Positions 32,064-39,742 of a DNA stretch of 45,312 bases are shown here, piece after piece; the first letter of the stretch is position 1; each line of letters starts with the position of its first letter. Origin of the DNA: Psittacicella sp. (GTDB taxonomy: Bacteria > Pseudomonadota > Gammaproteobacteria > Enterobacterales > JAWXTV01); contig JAWXTV010000002.1 in assembly GCA_044433245.1 (NCBI GenBank), positions 1 through 45,312 on the forward strand, in the 5' to 3' direction. The position numbers and the translations under genes were made by a program. The notes under the pieces are model-generated. The model was not told where the DNA came from and ran no database searches. It saw nothing but the letters and a program-made list of their open reading frames with translations.

Positions 32064-33404
32064 TTAAAATAATTTTAAATATTTTTGTATTTCCCAATCT
32101 GATACATATCTACTATAATCAATCCACTCTTTAGTTTTTGCTGTAATAAATTTAGAGCTTATATGTTTACCTAAAGCTGCTAAAATAAGTTTATCATTTT
32201 TTAAATAATCTAAAGATTCTTTTAAACTTTCAGGTAAATTTGCAATACCAAGCCCATCTCTTTGTTCTTGAGTTGATTTGTAAAGATTTATATTAACTTC
32301 TTTTGAAATTTTAAAGTTATTTTTAATACCATCAAGACCTGAAGCTAAAAGAACTGCGGAACTAAGATATGGATTAGCAGAAGGATCAACAGATCTAAGC
32401 TCAAGTCTTGTTCCAAGCCCTCTAGTTGATGGAATTCTAACTAAAGTACTTCTATTACTTCTACTCCAAGCTATATAAACTGGAGCTTCATATCCTGGAA
32501 CTAATCTTTTATATGAATTAACTAGAGGATTTGTAATAGCGCTAAATCCTTTTGAATGATATAAAATGCCAGCTAAAAAAGCATAAGCTACACTAGAAAG
32601 GCCTCTTTCTTCAGCTTTATCATAAAAACTATTTTCTTTTCCTGAAAATAAAGACATATTACAGTGCATACCAGATCCATTTATACCAAATACAGGTTTA
32701 GGCATAAAAGTAGCGTGTAAGTTATATTTATTAGCTATAAATTTTACAACATATTTAAAAAGTTGAATTTTATCACAAGCTTCTAAAACATTACTATATT
32801 TAAAATTAATTTCATGTTGACCTTTTGCTACTTCGTGATGGAAAGCTTCAATTTCATAACCTAAAGATTCTAAAGATTCAACTATTTCCTCTCTACAAGT
32901 ATCAGCTATATCTAAAGCTCCTTGCTCAAAATAAGCTGCATCATCAGCTAAATCTTTTAATATTTCTCCTTTTTCATTTTTTTGAAAAAGAAAAAACTCA
33001 AGCTCAGCACCCAAATTAAAAGATGAAAATCCTAAAGATTTCATATCATCTATAGCATGTTCAAGCCTTCCTCTTGGATCCCCCTCAAAACACTCTCCAG
33101 AAGCTGTATATACATCACAAATAAAAATAGCAATTTTACCTTTAAAGCTATTCCAAGGCAAAATCTTAAATGTAGATAAATCTGGATAAAGATATAAATC
33201 ACTACTTTCTATAGAAGAAAATCCACTAATTGAAGAACCATCTATCATAACTTCATTATTAAGAGCTTTATTAAGCTGAGAAATAGATATATCTATACCC
33301 TTTAATAGACCGTCCATATCAGTAAATAACATTTTTATTGATTGAACATTATTTTGAAGAGTTAAATCTTTAATACTACTTTTTGAGAACATTTCATCTA
33401 ACAT
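32064..33404 (-). CDS. glnA: Glutamine synthetase type I (short, Bacillus-like GSI-alpha length)
   Basis: 446 aa, DGSSISGF, NGSGMHCNMSL, SYKRLVPGYEAP, RIPS..G..TRLELRSVDPSANPYL. By eye it is colinear with the 444-aa B. subtilis GlnA. Confidence 0.95.
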   Translation of the reverse strand: MLDEMFSKSSIKDLTLQNNVQSIKMLFTDMDGLLKGIDISISQLNKALNNEVMIDGSSISGFSSIESSDLYLYPDLSTFKILPWNSFKGKIAIFICDVYTASGECFEGDPRGRLEHAIDDMKSLGFSSFNLGAELEFFLFQKNEKGEILKDLADDAAYFEQGALDIADTCREEIVESLESLGYEIEAFHHEVAKGQHEINFKYSNVLEACDKIQLFKYVVKFIANKYNLHATFMPKPVFGINGSGMHCNMSLFSGKENSFYDKAEERGLSSVAYAFLAGILYHSKGFSAITNPLVNSYKRLVPGYEAPVYIAWSRSNRSTLVRIPSTRGLGTRLELRSVDPSANPYLSSAVLLASGLDGIKNNFKISKEVNINLYKSTQEQRDGLGIANLPESLKESLDYLKNDKLILAALGKHISSKFITAKTKEWIDYSRYVSDWEIQKYLKLF

Positions 33405-33527
33405 ACAAATACCTTATAAAATATAAAAAATAACAATTAATAAATAATTCAGAGTTTTTTTTTAATATCCTATAGATTCTATAGATACCAAATGTTTAAA
33501 TAGCTTGAAAAATACGAAACAATATAT

Positions 33528-34910
33528 TTAAACTGACTTAATAATAGTCATTATTTTAGACTGACACCCACCACAAGATGTTCCTGCAGCTGTAACTTCA
33601 CCCACTTTTTCAACAGTTATTGCACCTTCTTTAATTGCTTTTATAATTTCTCCCTTTGTAACTTGATTACAGTTACAAATAATTTCATCAAGAGAATCTT
33701 CATTATTTTGTTGCTCTTGACCAATGCCCAAAATAGATACTTTTGATAAATCACTTAAATCTAATTTTTCATTTATCATCTCAAGATATCTATCAGATCC
33801 TGATACATCACCTACTAAAATAGCTCCAATTAACCTATTGGCTTTAAAGAACAGCTTAGAATACTCATTATCACAAGTATTTTCAACTTCAATTACCTCA
33901 TTAGAATTAAATTTTCCTGCTGAAAAAATAAATCTACCAGAAGTCTTGAATAGGATACCATTTTCTTTTGAAATTGAAAAGGCTTTAGAATCTTGATCTA
34001 AAAGATCTGAACAAAAAGCTTCAACTTGATCTCTTAAGGATGAAATAGATGTAAAAATATAGCTATTAATTTCAGCACATTCACCGATAGCATAAACATC
34101 TTTAATATTAGTTTCAAAAGAAGTATTTACCTTTATACCCTTAGAGCCAAGCTCTAATTTTGACATTCTAGCATATTCAACAGCTGGCTTTATTCCTGTT
34201 GCTAAAATAACCATATCTGTTGAAATAAAAGATCCATCTAAAAATCTAATAGACTTAACTTTAGCATCTTCACTCTCAATTGACTTAATTTCTTTAGACA
34301 ACAAAACTCTAGTTCCAAAAGATTCAACATCTCTTTGAAGAATATCTCCAGCTTTTTTATTAAGCTCATTTGGAAAAATATGATCTTCTTTTTCTATAAG
34401 AGTTACTCTTTTTCCTAAAATAGAAAGAGCATGAGATATTTCAAGACCTAAGAATCCAGCTCCTATTACAGAAATTGAGTTAAATTGAGAAGAAGCTTCT
34501 ACAATAGAGCTCATATCTGCTATATTTCTAAAACCAAAACACTGCTTTAATCTAACTCCAGGAATTAAAGGAGTATCAACATTAGATCCTGTTGATAAAA
34601 CTAATTTATCATAAGATATAGTTTCTTTTAATTTAGTTATTACAACTTTATTTTCAGAATCAATTTTAGCTAAAGAGTCATTTAAATATAGCTTAATATT
34701 GTTTTCTTCATACCACTTTAAATCTTTAAAAGTAATATCCTCAACTGTTGATCCTGAAAGAAGTTTTACTATATTTATTCTGTTATAAGCAATAGTGGGC
34801 TCTTTCGCTATAACTGTAATATCAAATAAAGAATTGTTAGATTCTATAATTTTCTCAAGAACACTAAAAGTTCCAAGTCCTAAACCAACTAACACTAATT
34901 TTGTTTTCAT
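33528..34910 (-). CDS. NirB-N-terminal-like FAD/NAD(P)H oxidoreductase with a C-terminal BFD-like [2Fe-2S] domain (no sirohaem domain)
   Basis: 460 aa. It has two Rossmann signatures (LVGLGLGT, VIGAGFLGLE) and a C-terminal CNCNQVTKGEI...TSCGGCQ motif typical of BFD-type [2Fe-2S] domains. Its length is about half of NirB/NasB. Confidence 0.7.
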   Translation of the reverse strand: MKTKLVLVGLGLGTFSVLEKIIESNNSLFDITVIAKEPTIAYNRINIVKLLSGSTVEDITFKDLKWYEENNIKLYLNDSLAKIDSENKVVITKLKETISYDKLVLSTGSNVDTPLIPGVRLKQCFGFRNIADMSSIVEASSQFNSISVIGAGFLGLEISHALSILGKRVTLIEKEDHIFPNELNKKAGDILQRDVESFGTRVLLSKEIKSIESEDAKVKSIRFLDGSFISTDMVILATGIKPAVEYARMSKLELGSKGIKVNTSFETNIKDVYAIGECAEINSYIFTSISSLRDQVEAFCSDLLDQDSKAFSISKENGILFKTSGRFIFSAGKFNSNEVIEVENTCDNEYSKLFFKANRLIGAILVGDVSGSDRYLEMINEKLDLSDLSKVSILGIGQEQQNNEDSLDEIICNCNQVTKGEIIKAIKEGAITVEKVGEVTAAGTSCGGCQSKIMTIIKSV

Positions 34911-35046
34911 ATGCTATACTAATACATTAAATAAATTTAAATTTTATAATAAATTATACATAATTCTAAATATATTAATAAATAATTAATTAATCCAATG
35001 TAAAAATTATTTATGTTATTTCAATTTATAATAACTATAGGTAAAT

Positions 35047-35628
35047 ATGTCAATTAGTCTTTTTGCCCAAAACTTTTTTAACCATCCACACTCCTTATGG
35101 ATGATAATGTTAGGACTTATTATTTTATCCTACATATTAGAAGATCTTGCACTAATAACTGCCGCCGCCCTCTCTGCTGAGCATATAATACCCCCTCAAT
35201 GGTCGCTACTTGCTGTATTTTTAGGGATAACTTCAGGTGATGTATTTTTATATTTTTTTGGAAGATTAAGTAGAAGAATAAGATTTTTAAGATACAAAGC
35301 TATAAGAAATAAGAAGTTTAAAGCCTTTAGAAAAAGATTTAGAAAACATGCTTTTGTTGGTCTTTTTATAATTAGATTTATACCAGGGCTTAGATCTATT
35401 GGTTATACAATGAGTGGATTTATCTCTATACCTACATTAATCTTTTTAGGTCCTGTTATTATAGCAAGTGCTATATGGACAAGCCTTGTATTTGGAGCTA
35501 TCTATTATATAGGAATAGCTATACTTGTTCGATACTCTTGGATGAAATGGGCTTTAATACCTCTTATATTAATTAGTTTTATAGGATTTAAATTAATTAT
35601 GAAAAAACGAAATAGTAAATCCTCTTAA
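35047..35628 (+). CDS. DedA/VTT-domain family membrane protein
   Basis: 193 aa. It has the DedA signatures ...LED...GITSGDVFLYFFGR and IIRFIPGLRSIGYTMSG. Confidence 0.75.
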   Translation: MSISLFAQNFFNHPHSLWMIMLGLIILSYILEDLALITAAALSAEHIIPPQWSLLAVFLGITSGDVFLYFFGRLSRRIRFLRYKAIRNKKFKAFRKRFRKHAFVGLFIIRFIPGLRSIGYTMSGFISIPTLIFLGPVIIASAIWTSLVFGAIYYIGIAILVRYSWMKWALIPLILISFIGFKLIMKKRNSKSS

Positions 35629-35674
35629 ATTAAAAATAAATAACTCCCTTTAAAGGGAGTTATTTATTTTTAAT
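35629..35674. terminator. 46-nt perfect palindrome, likely a bidirectional terminator
   Basis: Positions 35629-35651 are the exact reverse complement of 35652-35674 (core aataactcccttt|aaagggagttatt). A-rich and T-rich arms give U-tracts on both strands. It starts 1 nt after the dedA stop and ends 3 nt from the stop of the small minus-strand ORF. Confidence 0.85.
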
Positions 35675-35677
35675 CAA

Positions 35678-35797
35678 CTAAGCTGTAAGATTAATTAAAA
35701 AAGCAATCCCACATAATATTGGAATTACAACTGAACCACTTAATAAACCTATAACTCCAGCAGCAATTAATAACCCAGAAACAATAAAACTTCTCAC
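35678..35797 (-). CDS. Candidate 39-aa hydrophobic membrane peptide (GTG start)
   Basis: My own translation is (V/M)RSFIVSGLLIAAGVIGLLSGSVVIPILCGIAFLINLTA*. AAGAAGG lies 8 nt upstream of the GTG. The composition is visibly more GC-rich than the flanking spacer, and the ORF is followed at once by the strong palindromic terminator. I recognised no homologue. Confidence 0.3.
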   Translation of the reverse strand: MRSFIVSGLLIAAGVIGLLSGSVVIPILCGIAFLINLTA

Positions 35798-35816
35798 TTC
35801 TTAAACCTTCTTAAAC
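35797..35816. repeat. Perfect tandem duplication of a 10-mer (cttcttaaac x2)
   Basis: 35797-35806 equals 35807-35816. On the minus strand this reads GTTTAAGAAG GTTTAAGAAG and runs into the GTG of the candidate small ORF. Confidence 0.8.
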
Positions 35817-35999
35817 AAATACTTTATAGTTATCTATTTTATATCTTTTTAATAAAATATATATCTATTGATATAACTTAAGAAAACTCTTATAAAATTA
35901 AGAAAATATATTATATTTCATAGTTATGATAGAATTTTTATTGCACTCTAATACAGATTTAAATTACATTTTTAAAAAAAATAACTAAAGAAAAATACA

Positions 36000-37121
36000 A
36001 TGAAAGAAAATATACCAAGTTATAAACAAAATGATATAAATGCAGGAATGCCAATTCTTGATATATCTAAAAAAATTTCAAAATATGAGTTTCTTCCTAT
36101 ATGGTTTTGGTATACACCAGTTTTTATAGATATGATTCTACAAGGTTTTAAATACTTTAACTGGAAACTTCCATTAATTGCCAACCCAACTATAAAATTA
36201 AGCGGAATTGTTGGAGAGTCAAAAACTGAAATTTTAGACCTAGCAGGACCTACCGCTCAAAAAAAAATCTCACCTTATATAACTTTCACAAAAGACACTA
36301 ATAATATTAATGATTTACTAAATAGAATACTTCCAAAAATAGGAGAGAAGGGCTTATCCTTACCCTATGTTATAAAGCCTGATGAAGGTTGTCGAGGTGT
36401 TGCTGTAAAGGTTCTGCATAACCTAGATGAAATTAAAGAGTACTTAAAAACTTTTCCAATTGGATTTGATTTTATGATTCAAAGATTAATCAAATTTCCA
36501 GCTGAAGCTGGTATTTTTTATACAAGAATACCAGGACAAGAAAAAGGCTCCATTATTTCATTTACCCTAAAATATAAACCCTTCATAATTGGAGATGGAA
36601 TAAAAACATTAAAGGAATTGATTTTAGCAGATGAAAGAGCTGGTAAATTAACTGATATATACTTTCCAAAATTTGAAAATAAATTAGATCTTATAATACC
36701 CAAAGATACTCAATTCCCTTTATCTTTTGTTGGAAATCATGGACGAGGTGCTATCTTTAAAAATGGCTCACAATTTATAACAGAAGAATTAAAAGAGGCT
36801 ATGGATAAAGTTCTGAAAGATGTAAAAGGATTTTACTATGGAAGATTAGATATAAAATTTAATGATATAAATACATTTATGAAAGGAAAAGATTTTGAAA
36901 TTATTGAAATAAATGGTGCAAGTAGCGAATCTATACATATCTGGGATAATACAACTAAATTTAAAGACATGTTTAAAGCTTTATTTAAACAGTACAGAAT
37001 ACTTTTTAAAATTGGAAATGCTCAAAGAAAACTTGGAGTTAAATCACCTAAATTAAGCTATCTAATTAAAGAATGGAGACGAGAAAAAGCTTTAGTTAAA
37101 AACTACCCAACTGAAGACTAA
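36000..37121 (+). CDS. ATP-grasp superfamily protein of unknown specificity, with a hydrophobic N-terminal segment
   Basis: 373 aa. LPYVIKPDEGCRGVAVKV is an ATP-binding strand-loop. GRLDIKF...FEIIEINGASSES matches the ATP-grasp Mg/ATP motif (R-x-D ... E-x-N) as in Ddl/RimK. The N-terminal FLPIWFWYTPVFIDMILQGF is hydrophobic. Confidence 0.5.
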   Translation: MKENIPSYKQNDINAGMPILDISKKISKYEFLPIWFWYTPVFIDMILQGFKYFNWKLPLIANPTIKLSGIVGESKTEILDLAGPTAQKKISPYITFTKDTNNINDLLNRILPKIGEKGLSLPYVIKPDEGCRGVAVKVLHNLDEIKEYLKTFPIGFDFMIQRLIKFPAEAGIFYTRIPGQEKGSIISFTLKYKPFIIGDGIKTLKELILADERAGKLTDIYFPKFENKLDLIIPKDTQFPLSFVGNHGRGAIFKNGSQFITEELKEAMDKVLKDVKGFYYGRLDIKFNDINTFMKGKDFEIIEINGASSESIHIWDNTTKFKDMFKALFKQYRILFKIGNAQRKLGVKSPKLSYLIKEWRREKALVKNYPTED

Positions 37122-37127
37122 TAACCA

Positions 37128-37155
37128 AAAAGGTAGGCTTTAAAGCCTACCTTTT
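37128..37155. terminator. Bidirectional terminator between the ATP-grasp gene and gapA
   Basis: 28-nt perfect palindrome aaaaggtaggcttt|aaagcctacctttt, with T-runs on both strands. Confidence 0.8.
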
Positions 37156-37180
37156 ATATAATTTTAATTTAAAATTAAAA

Positions 37181-38185
<1,005 letters not shown>

Positions 38186-38360
38186 CTAGCTTGTATGATC
38201 TTTTTAGCCTTTTCTAAAAATCTTAACCAAAAAGATATTAATATTATTTTATACAATATCCTGGTAGTATTATAACTTAATAGGTTTATAATACAATCAA
38301 TTTAATTTCATATAAAATTTAAAAAATAATACATAGATAATTAATCTGCGAAGGAATATT

Positions 38361-39725
38361 ATGAAAAAAACTTGGATAATTCTCTCAACAATATCACTTG
38401 GAATATTAAGCGCTAATGCTCAAAGTATTTCTAACCTGTACAAAAGCGCCTTAACAACAAACCCATCTATTGAGCAAGCTTACGCTCAAATGAAATCAAG
38501 TCAACAATATGAAAATCAAGCCTTAGGGGCCCTTCTTCCTCAAATTAATATAGTAGGTGATGTTGCATCTAGCAGATATATTAATTATGGAAAATATAAT
38601 GATGGTGACTATACCAACTCTTTTCACCAAAATAAAAATTGGACAATTGGTGTTGAATTAACTCAAACTATTTTTAATATAAGCGATTGGAGAACCCTAA
38701 GCTTAGAAAAGCAAGTTGGGCAAGAAGCAAGTTTAACTTACCAGTACACTAAAGAGGAGTTAATCTACAATGTAGCATCAAACTACATGTTAGCCCTTGA
38801 AGATATTGCTAATTTAAAATCCACTCAAGTTGAAGCAAAAGCTTTACAAAGTACTCTAAAAATAACTCAAGAGCAATATAAGGCTGGTACTAACACTATT
38901 GTAAATGTTAGTCAAGCTCAAGCCCAATACGATGAAGTTCTAGCCAAAGAAATTACTTATAAAAATGAACTTCAAAATCAACTAAATACTTTATATACAA
39001 TCACAGGGCAACAAGTTAATAGTCTTCAATCTTTAAATAAGGCTTTATTTGCTCCATACACTATTACAAATCCAAAAGCTTATATTCAACAAGCTATGCA
39101 AAATAATCTAAGCTTAATAGTTGCCGCTACTAAAGTTCAAGAAAGCAAAGAAAGTTCAAAAGTAGCTAACGGAAACTTCTATCCAACTGTAAGTCTTAGT
39201 GCAGAACTTGCTAGAACTAACACAGAAAATCCTATAGAAGAAGGTTATGAGTATGGGATTACAAGTTCTAATCTAAACCAGGCCGAAGTAGAGCTTAGTC
39301 TTACTCAACCTGTATTTAATGGTGGAATCTTAATATCCAAATCAATTCAAGCAAATGATAACTATATAGCTGCATTGAAAGGTTTAATAAGTACTCAAAG
39401 AACCATAACTGAAAATGTAAATACTGATGTTAATAATATAAACTCAAATTATGCAAGCATTTCTGCTTATAAAGCTTATCTAAAATCAGCAACTATTGCT
39501 TATAAAAATATGTTATCTAGCTATAAAGCAGGAACTGAAACTTTAACAGATCTTTTAATCTCTCAAGAAAATCTATATTCAGCAAAATCTGAACTTATAT
39601 CAGCTCAGTATAATTATTTAATAGCTCAATTTAAATTAGCTTTAGACACAGGTGCTATAAACTCATCTTATATAAACCAATTAGATTATATCTTAACAAA
39701 CCCAGAATATGTAGGAACTATTTAA
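38361..39725 (+). CDS. tolC: TolC-family outer membrane efflux channel
   Basis: 454 aa. It has a signal peptide (MKKTWIILSTISLGILSANA/QS) and the two-repeat OEP architecture, starting with the typical ...LYKSALTTNPSIEQA. Confidence 0.85.
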   Translation: MKKTWIILSTISLGILSANAQSISNLYKSALTTNPSIEQAYAQMKSSQQYENQALGALLPQINIVGDVASSRYINYGKYNDGDYTNSFHQNKNWTIGVELTQTIFNISDWRTLSLEKQVGQEASLTYQYTKEELIYNVASNYMLALEDIANLKSTQVEAKALQSTLKITQEQYKAGTNTIVNVSQAQAQYDEVLAKEITYKNELQNQLNTLYTITGQQVNSLQSLNKALFAPYTITNPKAYIQQAMQNNLSLIVAATKVQESKESSKVANGNFYPTVSLSAELARTNTENPIEEGYEYGITSSNLNQAEVELSLTQPVFNGGILISKSIQANDNYIAALKGLISTQRTITENVNTDVNNINSNYASISAYKAYLKSATIAYKNMLSSYKAGTETLTDLLISQENLYSAKSELISAQYNYLIAQFKLALDTGAINSSYINQLDYILTNPEYVGTI

Positions 39726-39742
39726 AAGGAAAATAAAATACT

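Noticed and set aside
32825-33019. 64-aa plus-strand ORF
   Set aside because: It is antisense inside glnA.
33405-33527. Looked for a sigma54 promoter, NtrC sites, TnrA/GlnR boxes or a glutamine riboswitch upstream of glnA
   Set aside because: TGGTAT at the right distance lacks the -12 GC element. There is no TGTNA-N7-TNACA box and no glnA-RNA-like conserved core. Only a short ctatag-att-ctatag hairpin is present.
33724-33996. 90-aa plus-strand ORF (and the similar 34795-34989 ORF)
   Set aside because: Both are antisense to the NirB-like gene. The second also runs into the promoter spacer without any start context.
36518-36703. 61-aa minus-strand ORF
   Set aside because: It is antisense inside the ATP-grasp gene.
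35678-37121. ATP-grasp gene plus adjacent small peptide as a graspetide/microviridin-type RiPP pair
   Set aside because: The candidate peptide has no Thr/Ser plus Asp/Glu/Lys-rich core on which ester or amide cross-links could form. It is almost purely hydrophobic and divergently transcribed. The ligase also has a membrane-like N-terminus unlike that of graspetide ligases.
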